Origin: Promethearchaeota archaeon
GTDB lineage: Archaea > Asgardarchaeota > Lokiarchaeia > Sigyniarchaeales > SOKP01
Direction of reading: 5' to 3'
Length of the DNA: 64,000 bases
Assembly: GCA_030599585.1 (NCBI GenBank)
Contig: JAUVNS010000003.1
Span: forward strand, 288,001 to 352,000
Under the pieces are notes generated by a model that saw only the letters and a program-made list of their open reading frames with translations, made no database searches and was not told the DNA's origin. The position numbers were made by a program, and so were the translations under genes. This document shows positions 10,236 to 20,894 of this stretch, in pieces. Position 1 is the first letter of the stretch. Each line of letters begins with the position of its first letter.

Positions 10236-11360
10236 TTGAAAGTATGTATAATCTCCCATTTTGGATATCCCCTCTATAATGAGGATTTGTCTTCACAATT
10301 TGGTGGAGGATCTGAAGTTCAATTATACCTACTTTCAAAAGAATTTAGAAAAAATGTGAATGTCGAAGTTAATGTCATCACAGGTGATTACGGTGGTATC
10401 AATGATCAAATTGAAATAATTGATAAAATAAAACTATATAAGATACTACCACTGAAAAGAAACTTCTTTAATTATTTTAAATTTCTATTCAAATTTTCCT
10501 TCTATTTAATTAAAATTAATCCAGATATAATAATTCAAAGAGCTATTAGTCCATTAACTGGATTGGCAGCTGTTTATTGCATTTTATTTGGAAAGAAATT
10601 CATCTACTCAATAGCAAACAAACCAGATGTGGATTCAAGTAAAAAAGGTTTGATTCATAAAATATTTAGATTTGGGCTTAAACATACAGATTATATCATC
10701 GCTCAAAATTATGAGCAAATGGATCTATTAAAGAAAATAAAAATAAGAAATCCTTCTCACGCTTTAGTTCTAAAAAGTGGCTCCACTATAAGAAAAAACG
10801 AGCTAGACATTACTAACAAATCAGATATCTTATGGGTTGGAAGAGCAGTAAATTGGAAAAGACCAGAATTATTTTTAAAACTTGCGTTAATCTTTAAAAA
10901 TCATAACTTCAAGATGATTTGTACAAAATATGTGAACCAACAATATTGGGAAAATCTCAAGAACTTAACTGAAAGCATTCCTAATTTGAAATTTATAGAA
11001 TTTGTAAAATTTTCTGAAATAGAGGACTACTTTAAGAAAGCAAAAGTGTATATCAATACATCAATTTATGAAGGCTTTCCGAATACATTCCTTCAAGCTT
11101 TTAATTATGAAACTCCAGTAATAAGCCTTAATGTTAATCCTAATAATATTTTTGATGAAAATAATCTTGGATATTACTGCAATGATAATTTCGATTTGTT
11201 AAAAGAAAAATTATCTGAGTTGATGCAAAATTCAGCACTTCAAGAAATGATTGGAAGGAACGCTTATTCATATGTTAGTAAGTTTCATGATATTGAAATA
11301 ATTGGAAAACGTTGGATAAAGGTAATTAATTTTATTTTGGAGAAAACAAAGAAAAACTAA
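10236..11360 (+). CDS. Glycosyltransferase family 4
   Basis: GGGSE, WVGR...KRPE, EGFPNTFLQA. Confidence 0.88.
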   Translation: MKVCIISHFGYPLYNEDLSSQFGGGSEVQLYLLSKEFRKNVNVEVNVITGDYGGINDQIEIIDKIKLYKILPLKRNFFNYFKFLFKFSFYLIKINPDIIIQRAISPLTGLAAVYCILFGKKFIYSIANKPDVDSSKKGLIHKIFRFGLKHTDYIIAQNYEQMDLLKKIKIRNPSHALVLKSGSTIRKNELDITNKSDILWVGRAVNWKRPELFLKLALIFKNHNFKMICTKYVNQQYWENLKNLTESIPNLKFIEFVKFSEIEDYFKKAKVYINTSIYEGFPNTFLQAFNYETPVISLNVNPNNIFDENNLGYYCNDNFDLLKEKLSELMQNSALQEMIGRNAYSYVSKFHDIEIIGKRWIKVINFILEKTKKN

Positions 11361-11456
11361 TTAAAACATTATTAGAGAAAGAAAATGTGTAGTTTTTCTG
11401 GATTGGATGTTTTTATTATTCAAAACAATGCCAAGCTCTTCAGTAACCTATACAAG

Positions 11457-12251
11457 TTAACTTAAAAATTTTGAGAATTTTTCCATTAAATGAGATAATG
11501 TTAGTATTTCAATTATTCTAATTAAAATTGATAAGATACTTTTTAGTTGGTATTGAGAATGTTTTAAATACCTAAATTTAGTTCTTATTGAATTCACTCT
11601 CTGAATGATAAATTTAGGAATATTTTTATTCAAAAATCTCTCTATTGGCATATTTCTAATTATCAACCTGTCTTTTAAGTTAGCTCCTTTTAAGCCATAT
11701 TTATATATCAAACGACACCATAATTCATAATCTTGCCCATAACGATAAGTTTCATCATATTTGCCATATTTTTCAAAAATTTTCTTTCTGATTCCTATAC
11801 CCGAATGATTAAAACAATTTCTAATAAGTAAATTCTCTCTTATATCATTGAACTCAAAAAAATTGAGTAATTCTTTCTTATTTTGAATAGTGAAGCCATT
11901 AACTCCACAGAAAGCGTATTCGGGATTATTATTAAAAAAAAAAAGAAGTTTTTCTAAATGATTTGGTAAAAAAAAATCATCCCCGTCTTGACGGACTATA
12001 AACTCCCCTTGAGCTATACCAATTCCTTTATTTAATGATTTTGTTAATCCAATATTTTTTTTATTTTTAATTACTTTTATTCTATTATCTTTTAAAGCGT
12101 AGCTGTTCATGACTTCAAGTGAAGTATCTTTACTAGCATCATCAATAATTATAAATTCATAATTCGTATAGGTTTGATTTAAAACGCTTTTAATTGATTT
12201 ACTTAAAAATTTTTTTCCATTATATATTGACATAATTATTGAAAATTTCAA
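11457..12251 (-). CDS. Glycosyltransferase family 2
   Basis: SIIMSIYN, SVLNQT, IIDDASKD, QDGDD (DxD), QDYELW. Confidence 0.9.
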   Translation of the reverse strand: MKFSIIMSIYNGKKFLSKSIKSVLNQTYTNYEFIIIDDASKDTSLEVMNSYALKDNRIKVIKNKKNIGLTKSLNKGIGIAQGEFIVRQDGDDFFLPNHLEKLLFFFNNNPEYAFCGVNGFTIQNKKELLNFFEFNDIRENLLIRNCFNHSGIGIRKKIFEKYGKYDETYRYGQDYELWCRLIYKYGLKGANLKDRLIIRNMPIERFLNKNIPKFIIQRVNSIRTKFRYLKHSQYQLKSILSILIRIIEILTLSHLMEKFSKFLS

Positions 12252-12294
12252 CTAGATTACCCCAATTTATAATAATTAACATTATTCATTATTC

Positions 12295-13461
12295 TTATCT
12301 TCCCAAAATTTTTCTGTAGAAAAGATATTCTTGTTGAGCAATAGATTTTAGTGAACAATTTTCTACTATATAATTTCTAGCGTTTTTACCAAGTTTACTT
12401 CTCAAATTTTCATCTGCGCCAAGTTTTTCAATCGCTTTTCTAATTTCAATATGTGAAGTCCCACATAAATAACCATTTTCTTTATGCTTGATAATACTGT
12501 TTATCCCTTGAATATTCGACCCTATACATGCAATACCACAGCTCATTGCCTCTAACAAAGCCTTAGGATTTCCCTCGTAATAAGAAGGTAAAATAAACAT
12601 TTCATATTGATTTAAGATTTCGGGAATTTTATTATTTGGAATTGTACCTAGAAAATTTACATTTAAATCTAATTCTTTTACCATATACATAAGCCTTTTT
12701 GTACAAGGGCCATTTCCAATAATATCTAAACAAAATCCTTTTAAATCCTTAAAAGCTCTACATAAGTTTTCCAAATTCTTTACTTTTTTAATGTTTCCTA
12801 TAAAAATAATGTGCTTTTCTTTCTTCCGTACACTTAACGGTTTGAAAATATCAGTGTCGACAAAATTAATAATAAATTTAATTTTTCCATTTTTATATTT
12901 CTTTTTCAATTTAAAACATTTCACTATAAAAGAGATATCTTCTATATTTGTTAGAATAATTCCATCAGCTAACCTAAAAGCAAAGAGTTCAGTAAGAAAA
13001 ATCCAGATATAATTTATTAAATATTTAAGATAACTCTTGATTCCATTTTTCGTTGCAGAGTCTTTATATCTACTTAACCAATCATAACCTCCTCTTATAA
13101 TAATCTTTTTTCTAAATAGGATTTTTGTAATGCATGCAATCCAACTCCCTCTAATCTGATTTGTTTTAATAACATCAACATCATTTAACAATTTCTTTAA
13201 TCTAATTGGCAATAAGAGAGATTTAATAAAATGGAATTTAGGAATTTGTGATGTAATTTTATCAAAAACGGGAATAATTTCTATTTTTTCTAAGAGTTCT
13301 GAATACTTAAAATCGTTATCTGTCCCGAATGTTAAAAAATAAAATTTATTCTTATTGTTTTCAATTAATTTTTTATATAATGAAATTTCACGCGTTATTA
13401 TTCCTCTATCATTCCAATCATTTAAAGAAACGCCATAAGTAAAAGTTAATAAAACTCTCAT
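12295..13461 (-). CDS. Glycosyltransferase family 4
   Basis: NFVDTDIF, FIGN...KN, PSYYEGNPKALLEAMSCG. Confidence 0.9.
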   Translation of the reverse strand: MRVLLTFTYGVSLNDWNDRGIITREISLYKKLIENNKNKFYFLTFGTDNDFKYSELLEKIEIIPVFDKITSQIPKFHFIKSLLLPIRLKKLLNDVDVIKTNQIRGSWIACITKILFRKKIIIRGGYDWLSRYKDSATKNGIKSYLKYLINYIWIFLTELFAFRLADGIILTNIEDISFIVKCFKLKKKYKNGKIKFIINFVDTDIFKPLSVRKKEKHIIFIGNIKKVKNLENLCRAFKDLKGFCLDIIGNGPCTKRLMYMVKELDLNVNFLGTIPNNKIPEILNQYEMFILPSYYEGNPKALLEAMSCGIACIGSNIQGINSIIKHKENGYLCGTSHIEIRKAIEKLGADENLRSKLGKNARNYIVENCSLKSIAQQEYLFYRKILGR

Positions 13462-13682
13462 TTTATTTAATTAAAAAATATCTTCTGTTATCAAGTTTAA
13501 CTAAATTGTGTTGATCTGTATTAATTTTTCATAATATTATTTTTATGAATAATAATAAGACTTTTTTTAATATTCCAAATTTTATTATTTTCATCCATAA
13601 GTTAAATATTTAAGCTTAATAAAAGAATCATAATTACGATAATTAGACTTCAAATATCAATTAAGAAATAACAAGAATTAAA

Positions 13683-15560
13683 ATGCGTAATAAACACACA
13701 CATATCATTTTATTTACTCTCATCTATAGCATGCTAATTGGAGGATATATGCTTACCCTCATTTCACCCCGGTTCTTAGGTGCTGATATTACCCCTATTG
13801 AAGATATATTTTATCAAAATTCAAAGATGCCTAAAACATCGGCATTTAATGAATCCATCTTTATTGATGGCAATAACACATTTACTGCTAAGGCAATTAG
13901 TGAGGGGTGGAGTGGAGATGGAAGTCTCGCCGATCCTTATATTATTGAAAACTATACTATTCAAGCTATATCCGAGCACGGAATAGAAATTCGAAATACT
14001 AATCTCCATTTCATCATTAGAAATGTATCCATAACAAATGGCCGTTCAAACTATTATCATGGATTTTATCTCTACAATGTAACTAATGGAGTATTAAAAA
14101 ATAATACCGCAGATAATAACCTCGCTGGTTTTCTCCTAGTAAATTCAAATAATAACACCTTTAGTGATAATGTGGCAATTAACAATCTACAAGGCTTCCG
14201 ATTCTGGTATTCTAATAATAATTCAATTACCAACAGTACAGCAAATAGTAATTTAGAATATGGAATTTATTTAGATAACAGTAACAACAACAGCATTACG
14301 CAAAATACATTATTTTTTAATGAATTAGGAAGTATTTTTGAAGTAGATTGCGTAGGAAATGAAATATCAGACAATGTATACAGTCCTGAAACTTTTTTCT
14401 TAGAATCTGACTCTGGTGGATTCGACGCTGATGGAACGTTCACTTTATCCTGGACTGTTTCGCAAAATGCCGATAATTATACACTATATCAAAATACTGG
14501 GATTTTAGTTGAAAATTTAACCGTAACGGAATATAACATGATAGATTTATCTCTTGGAACTTATGAATTTTATGTGAAGGCATTTAATATATACGGAGAA
14601 GTAGATTCAAACATTATTACTGTGATAGTTAAATTCCATATTAATATTGATGGAAACTTGGATTTTCATCAAACCGCTATCGAGAATAATTTTACAGGGG
14701 ACGGTAGTTTAAACAATCCTTATATTATTGAAAACTATGAAATTTCTGCGACAATAGAGCATGGAGTTCATATTTTGAATACGGATCTTCATTTTATTAT
14801 CAAGGATGTAACTGTTAACGATGGTAAATTAAATAAATACTATGGATTTTATTTAGAGAACGTAACGCATGGAAGATTAGAAGATAATACAGCCTACAAT
14901 AACTTATACGGATTTTACCTCAAGAATTCCTTTAATAATACATTACTCGCAAATACCGCGATTGGAAATACCAATGGTTTAACATTAAATTGTTCCTACC
15001 TTAATTTTTTGACGGCAAATATTATAACAGATAACAGACATGGATTCTCTCTTGAATCATCAGAGAATAATACCATACTAGGCAACGAGGTGAGTGATAA
15101 TACTTACCTTGGATTTTACTTAAGTTCTTCATATAACAATACTCTAACAGATAATCTAGCCACGGGAAATCTCAACGGATTCACTCTCAGCTATTCCGAT
15201 CTTAACACATTTACAAATAACACTGCCAACAATAACGATCAGCATGGATTTAGACTTTTATATTCTCACTATAATAATTTAGTAGAAAATTCCGCTAGAT
15301 ATAATCAAAAATACGGGATATATCTCGAAGATAGTACTTTTAACAGTATTACCGGAAATAGCTTAGAGGATAATGGAATTGGCGCTATTTATGAAAAATT
15401 TACAGATGATACAGACTATCCTGATGTTTTTTTAATCGCAGCTATTATTTTTATAATAGTTTTATTGTCAATAATCCTAATTAAGTTAATTTTTTTTATT
15501 AAAAGGAAAAACATCAAATTTTTTATCCCTAAATTATCCCTAAAGAAGAGAAAGGAATGA
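13683..15560 (+). CDS. Membrane-anchored cell-surface protein with two NosD/CASH right-handed beta-helix domains separated by an FN3-like domain
   Basis: N-terminal hydrophobic signal, duplicated IDGN...GDGSL..PYIIENY.I unit, GIYL..SNNN.I repeats, FTLSW...Y.FYVKAFN.YGE (FN3-like), C-terminal TM helix and basic tail. Confidence 0.85.
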   Translation: MRNKHTHIILFTLIYSMLIGGYMLTLISPRFLGADITPIEDIFYQNSKMPKTSAFNESIFIDGNNTFTAKAISEGWSGDGSLADPYIIENYTIQAISEHGIEIRNTNLHFIIRNVSITNGRSNYYHGFYLYNVTNGVLKNNTADNNLAGFLLVNSNNNTFSDNVAINNLQGFRFWYSNNNSITNSTANSNLEYGIYLDNSNNNSITQNTLFFNELGSIFEVDCVGNEISDNVYSPETFFLESDSGGFDADGTFTLSWTVSQNADNYTLYQNTGILVENLTVTEYNMIDLSLGTYEFYVKAFNIYGEVDSNIITVIVKFHINIDGNLDFHQTAIENNFTGDGSLNNPYIIENYEISATIEHGVHILNTDLHFIIKDVTVNDGKLNKYYGFYLENVTHGRLEDNTAYNNLYGFYLKNSFNNTLLANTAIGNTNGLTLNCSYLNFLTANIITDNRHGFSLESSENNTILGNEVSDNTYLGFYLSSSYNNTLTDNLATGNLNGFTLSYSDLNTFTNNTANNNDQHGFRLLYSHYNNLVENSARYNQKYGIYLEDSTFNSITGNSLEDNGIGAIYEKFTDDTDYPDVFLIAAIIFIIVLLSIILIKLIFFIKRKNIKFFIPKLSLKKRKE

Positions 15561-15564
15561 GGAT

Positions 15565-17496
15565 ATGAGCTATAGATTTAAAAATATCACTATAAAAAAA
15601 ATCAGCCTTTATTATTACATTCTCATTTTAGCTGCTATTATTATCCTATTAGCAAATTATCCCCGTTTATATGGAGTTGACGCATTTCAGGTAATATGGA
15701 TGGCAAAAGCTCTTCAGGATGGAGCTCTAATTTCTGATAAAACTTGGTTAATCTCTCCATTTTCTTATTTTGGGTATTATCCCTTTTCATTTCGAGCGAT
15801 AGGCGTCCCGATGATTCTTGCCTTTCTAATGAGCTTTCTAGATTTTCTTTCCTTAGGCTCATTTGGGTTAACTGAAGCGGTACTAGTTTTCAATATAATC
15901 CTCATCATTGTCATTTATAAGACTTCTCGAAATCTTGGTGATAGACTTTTTGAAGAGGAGTGGAGCCGATTTGTTTTTGTTGCTGCTATGTTATTCTCCG
16001 TAAACGCTATTCAAGATTTTGCTATGACCGTGAGTACAAGAATTATTATAACGATTACTATGATTGTGTTCTTAAATATTAGTATAAAAATGTTAGAAAA
16101 GGGTGCGAAAATACGATTTAAAACTATTATCGTCGTGATTTTAGTCTTTTTGATTGGTGCCTTAGCTCATAGGCTTTGGATGAATTCCTTAATAACGATA
16201 ATATTTCTGATATTTACATTGTTTATCCGCAAATATAAAAAATTATATCAAATCTCTGTGTTTTTAATTATTCCAATAAGCATTTTCGCATTTTTCTTTG
16301 GATTTGAATTTTTTGGATTAAATCGGTATGGATTCAGTGCGGATGCTAATTTTCTTGATACAAGTATTTTTTTAAGTCTATACTATGTGTATGCAATTGG
16401 AATAATCGCCATCTTCTTCCCGGTTGGAGTAATAATAGCATTATATAAACTAACTTTTTCATTTAATGATTTTCATTCATTTTTTAAGAAAAAGAAGAAA
16501 GAGCATCCACAACTTATTACAAATAATCCCAAATTTCGTGACAGCTTTTATTATCTACTTCTTTTTCTAATACCCTTTTTATTTTTCATTTTTACAACCT
16601 TCTATGCAATAGTCGTTTTTTTACCGATAATAGTTATTTTTTCAGTTAAAGGTTTAGCTTATATAAAAAATTTTCTTTCAAACCATACAATCTTTTCTAT
16701 GAAATTAGATTGGCTATTTCCGGTAATCCCCGTATTTATTTTGACTGGTTATTACCTGCTAAGATTGGATTATTATTCAAGAATTGCTTTAGTGGATATT
16801 ATACTTTTATCCCTTGTCTCGTTAGCCTTATTTTTATTTGTATTTCTTATTAATAAACATAATAGCTTTCCTCTTTCATTTTCATCGCTTGATTCCAAGA
16901 AACTGAAAAATTTCCTTTGGATGGTTATATTAACTCTTTCAATTTTAACCTCATCTATTATAAATGTAGAGATTAGTAGATATGATAGTCTCAACAGCCC
17001 CTATCCATGGGACAATAGATATTTAACCAATGAAGAAATCCGAATTATTGAATACTTTAAAGGAGAAAATACAAATGGCTTAATTTTCGTTGCAGACCGT
17101 CATATTGCTGATAGAATTGGAGCTGTGGGATTCTTACCTGCTTTTAGCATACCCATATTAATTGGAACACCCTTGTTTTATGGTATAATCAGCCCCAATT
17201 ATGTTTATGAACACACTAAATTTTCAATTTGGGATTTTTTTAGTTTTACATTTTTCAATTTTACTCAAATAGATCCTATAAAAGAATTAAGGAGTTATAT
17301 TAACAATTTAGACGTAAGAAATGAAAATGACTACAACACCTTACTTTCATACAATATCCAATATATTATAACTATTAACGAAACTTATCAATCAGGGGGA
17401 GTAAATAATTGGTTGCTAGTCCGATCTCTACAACAATCCGAATCATTTGAACCTGTTTTTATTACTCATCATCTTTTGATTTGGCAAATATATTAA
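15565..17496 (+). CDS. Polytopic membrane protein, GT-C-like glycosyltransferase (paralogue of 27036-28946)
   Basis: Acidic GVDAF loop after TM1, many TM helices, extracytoplasmic C-terminal domain ending ...YNIQYII...LLIWQIY. Confidence 0.65.
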   Translation: MSYRFKNITIKKISLYYYILILAAIIILLANYPRLYGVDAFQVIWMAKALQDGALISDKTWLISPFSYFGYYPFSFRAIGVPMILAFLMSFLDFLSLGSFGLTEAVLVFNIILIIVIYKTSRNLGDRLFEEEWSRFVFVAAMLFSVNAIQDFAMTVSTRIIITITMIVFLNISIKMLEKGAKIRFKTIIVVILVFLIGALAHRLWMNSLITIIFLIFTLFIRKYKKLYQISVFLIIPISIFAFFFGFEFFGLNRYGFSADANFLDTSIFLSLYYVYAIGIIAIFFPVGVIIALYKLTFSFNDFHSFFKKKKKEHPQLITNNPKFRDSFYYLLLFLIPFLFFIFTTFYAIVVFLPIIVIFSVKGLAYIKNFLSNHTIFSMKLDWLFPVIPVFILTGYYLLRLDYYSRIALVDIILLSLVSLALFLFVFLINKHNSFPLSFSSLDSKKLKNFLWMVILTLSILTSSIINVEISRYDSLNSPYPWDNRYLTNEEIRIIEYFKGENTNGLIFVADRHIADRIGAVGFLPAFSIPILIGTPLFYGIISPNYVYEHTKFSIWDFFSFTFFNFTQIDPIKELRSYINNLDVRNENDYNTLLSYNIQYIITINETYQSGGVNNWLLVRSLQQSESFEPVFITHHLLIWQIY

Positions 17497-17696
17497 ATAT
17501 CTAAATTTAAACAGAATAAGTGGTTTCTTTTTCACATTGTAAAACATATGACTTGAAACATGAATTTATGTAGAACTAAATAAAAACTCAATAATAACAC
17601 AAGGGTTTCAAAAACAATTTGGTGTAAATCTCCAACGCATTTTCTGTAGGGATAATTTTAAGTTAACTTTTATAAAGAAAAGATACATAATACTAT

Positions 17697-17756
17697 TATC
17701 CATAGATAAAAGTTGAACAGTTCAACTATCCGAAGATAAAACTTTAAAAGTTCGAC
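17697..17756. repeat. Two tandem 30-bp units (24/30 identical) built from palindromes; candidate operator array
   Basis: TATCCATAGATAAAAGTTGAACAGTTCAAC / TATCCGAAGATAAAACTTTAAAAGTTCGAC, followed by ATATATATAA at 17761-17770. Confidence 0.6.
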
Positions 17757-17867
17757 AAGCATATATATAATTCACATCATTAGTTTTATAAATTAGTTAT
17801 TTTATCATAACTATTAGGTATAGAAGGGCAAGTTGGATTATACCAAAAAATAAAAATCAAGAGAACA

Positions 17868-18665
17868 ATGGAAATGGAAACAAAGAGAATTAAACAAACC
17901 ACACAAAATTTTATCCTAAAAGATCGAGTTAAACTAGACGACTTTGAACAAGAAAAGAGTATAAACAAATTTAGCACCCAAACATCAAATAATAAAGTCG
18001 TTATAACTATACCCGCTTATAATGAGGAAGAGAGTATTGGTGCGGTTATCAATGAAATTAAAACTGTGATGGAAAAAACTAATTTCCTTTATCAGATAAT
18101 GATTCTCGATGATGGAAGTGTAGATAGGACAAAAAAAATTACGGAGGAGAATAGAGTACTTTTCTTTTCAAATGGATGTAATATGGGTCTTGCACATACT
18201 TTTAAAAAGGAGATGGAAATTTGTTGCGATTTAGGGGCAGATATCATCGTGCATATTGATGCTGATGGACAATATCCTCCAAAATACATTCCAGAGATGA
18301 TTGAAAGTGTTATTGATGGACACGATTTAGTATTAGGTTCACGATTTGGAAAGGGGTCTTACAATGGATCAATTAGTAAAAAACTTGGAAATATGTTTTT
18401 CGCAAGAGTACTTTGCTTGCTATTGGGAAAAAATATTCATGATACTACTACCGGATTTCGAGCTTTCACTAAAGAGATTGCTCAATTGCCCATTGAAAGT
18501 AAATTTACCTATACGCAAGAACAATTAATTCACGCAATAAGGAGTAAGAAGTTAATTAAAGAAATCCCCATAATCGCTAGAAAGACTAGGAAAAGCAGGT
18601 TATTTGGTAATATATTTGAATATTTTTACAGAGCAACAATTACTATCTTGAAAATATTTATTTAA
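17868..18665 (+). CDS. GT2 glycosyltransferase, dolichol/polyprenyl-phosphate sugar synthase-like
   Basis: IPAYNEE, DDGSVD, DADGQY, VLGSRF, DTTTGFRAF. Confidence 0.88.
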   Translation: MEMETKRIKQTTQNFILKDRVKLDDFEQEKSINKFSTQTSNNKVVITIPAYNEEESIGAVINEIKTVMEKTNFLYQIMILDDGSVDRTKKITEENRVLFFSNGCNMGLAHTFKKEMEICCDLGADIIVHIDADGQYPPKYIPEMIESVIDGHDLVLGSRFGKGSYNGSISKKLGNMFFARVLCLLLGKNIHDTTTGFRAFTKEIAQLPIESKFTYTQEQLIHAIRSKKLIKEIPIIARKTRKSRLFGNIFEYFYRATITILKIFI

Positions 18666-18857
18666 ACTGACTTTTTTAACACTTTTTTTCTGAAATTATT
18701 TTTTCTCTGAACCTACTTGACCATCCATAAGCTCCATATCTTAACATTCTTTGTTCATTAAAATATGTTTAGCGAATTTACTTGTAAATATAATAAAAAA
18801 ATCATAGCGAATTTTTTAAATTACTTAACTTTAATTAAAGTAAACTAATCAAAAAAG

Positions 18858-19409
18858 TTGTTAAAATTGGCAAAATTAAGTAAATATCTAACAAGGATAA
18901 GAGAAAATAAAGTTAGACCATATATAAAAGGAAAAGTTTTAGATATTGGATGTGGTGATGCTAAAGCAATTAATTATGAAACGGTAACTAGATATTTTGG
19001 AGTAGATTTAGATTATAAATGTAAAGAATTAGCAAAAAAGTATCCCCTAGGAGAGTTTTATTCAAAAAATTTAGAAAATGATAAAATTAATCTACCAGAG
19101 AAAGTGGATTTAGTTCTTATGACAGCCTTCATAGAGCACATTAAGAACTATGAAAATCCATTTAGACAATCAATCAATAACTTAAAGAGTGGTGGAAGTA
19201 TTGTGATAACAACCCCTACTAAATTTGGTAATTTTATTCATTTCTGTGGTGAGATTTTAGGTTTGCTTCCAAAATCTGTAAGAGATAGTCATAAAATAAT
19301 TTTATCAAAAAGTGATTTTATAAAAATTGGACAAAAATACAATTTAAAATTAATAAAATACAAAAAATTTGAATTGTTTTGTAATCATTTTGTGATTTTT
19401 GAAAAATGA
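18858..19409 (+). CDS. Class I SAM-dependent methyltransferase
   Basis: VLDIGCGD, FIEHI, LKSGGSIVITTP. Confidence 0.85.
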   Translation: MLKLAKLSKYLTRIRENKVRPYIKGKVLDIGCGDAKAINYETVTRYFGVDLDYKCKELAKKYPLGEFYSKNLENDKINLPEKVDLVLMTAFIEHIKNYENPFRQSINNLKSGGSIVITTPTKFGNFIHFCGEILGLLPKSVRDSHKIILSKSDFIKIGQKYNLKLIKYKKFELFCNHFVIFEK

Positions 19410-19567
19410 AAAAAGTTGGCTCTTGCATTACCCTTCTTGAGAATGTAATTACATAATGTTTATTAATATTGAATATATCTCAATTTTTCTGTTGAAACCT
19501 CAAAAATGAAAGTTTTAAGAATATTACTTAATTAAAAAAAGGAAGATTAAGATTTTTTAAAATTTAT

Positions 19568-20773
19568 ATGAAGAAAAAATATATTTGTGAATCATCAATG
19601 AATATCAAAATGATATTATACAAAAATTTCATTTCAGATACAAGGGTTCAAAGAGAAGCTATCTGTTTAGCTCAAAATGGATATGAAATTGAAGTGATTA
19701 ATTGTAAAGGTCCTAAAGATAATAATACTAATATAAATAATGATAAACGTATAAAAAATAGTGAAATCATGGAAGTTCAACCAAAAAAACGTGAAACAGT
19801 AAAATCACTGTTAAAATTTTGGATATTGGCACTATTTCATTTAATAAGAGAAAAAACCCCCCCAAATATAATTCATGCTCATGATTTAACAGGACTTCCA
19901 CCAGCAGTTTTATACAAAATTTTATTCCCAAAAGTTAAATTGATTTATGACTCACATGAACTCTTCCCAGAAGCTGCAAAAGACAAACTAAATAAAATCT
20001 ATTGGTTATTTTTTTTATTATTAGAATTTATTTGTAGCAAATTTATTACCGTTCTTATCGGTGCAAGTCCATTACAACTTAAAATTCTAAAAAGAAGAAT
20101 AAATAAACCTCAATTTTGTATTTTGAATGTACCAGATTTAGATTTTATTAAAAAAAAAAAAGATTTTGATTATGAAAATCTTAAGTTTCACCCCTTATCT
20201 CCTAAAAAAGAAAAAAAAGTTAAGATAATCTATTCTGGAGGTGTATATACACATAGAGGATATGACGAATTTATATTGGTTGCTGTTAAAATACTGGAAA
20301 AAAATCATAATTTCGAGTTTTGGATAGTTGGTGGTGGTAATTATTTAAACAATGTAAAAGAGATGATAAAGGGGTATAAAATAACTAATCATTTCATCTT
20401 CACAGGAGCAGTCCCATATTGTGACCTTTTAAAATTAACCTATAACTGTGATATTGCTATTGGTTTATATGAAGATACTGTAAATAATAATATTATGATT
20501 TCAAACAAAATATTTGAATACATGTTGGTCGGAATACCATTTTTATTTACTAATTTAAAGTCATCACAACCATATTTAAAAATGGTAAAAGCAATTAAAA
20601 TAGGCTTTCCTCTTGATATAGAACAAATTGCTGAAAAAATACTGCTTCTTGCGAATAATGAAAACACACAATATGAAATATCAAAAAAAAGTAAATCCTT
20701 AATAATAGAAAAATTAAACTGGAAAAATGAATCAGTAAAATTATTAGAAGCGTATTTAGAAGCTTTAAAATAA
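19568..20773 (+). CDS. Glycosyltransferase family 4
   Basis: DTRVQREA, IHAHD, YDSHE, SNKIFEYM..GIP. Confidence 0.88.
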   Translation: MKKKYICESSMNIKMILYKNFISDTRVQREAICLAQNGYEIEVINCKGPKDNNTNINNDKRIKNSEIMEVQPKKRETVKSLLKFWILALFHLIREKTPPNIIHAHDLTGLPPAVLYKILFPKVKLIYDSHELFPEAAKDKLNKIYWLFFLLLEFICSKFITVLIGASPLQLKILKRRINKPQFCILNVPDLDFIKKKKDFDYENLKFHPLSPKKEKKVKIIYSGGVYTHRGYDEFILVAVKILEKNHNFEFWIVGGGNYLNNVKEMIKGYKITNHFIFTGAVPYCDLLKLTYNCDIAIGLYEDTVNNNIMISNKIFEYMLVGIPFLFTNLKSSQPYLKMVKAIKIGFPLDIEQIAEKILLLANNENTQYEISKKSKSLIIEKLNWKNESVKLLEAYLEALK

Positions 20774-20894
20774 TATTTAATTTTTTTAATTAAAATATTT
20801 AAACAAATAAAACAATAACAGTTTAAGTTTTAGAAGTTAGAATAAAGATAGATTAGACATCTTCAATACACTTTAAGAAAGACTCAAGTTAATT

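Noticed and set aside
17697-17756. 30-bp repeats as a mini CRISPR array
   Set aside because: The units are directly adjacent with no spacer, there are only two copies, and no cas genes are present.
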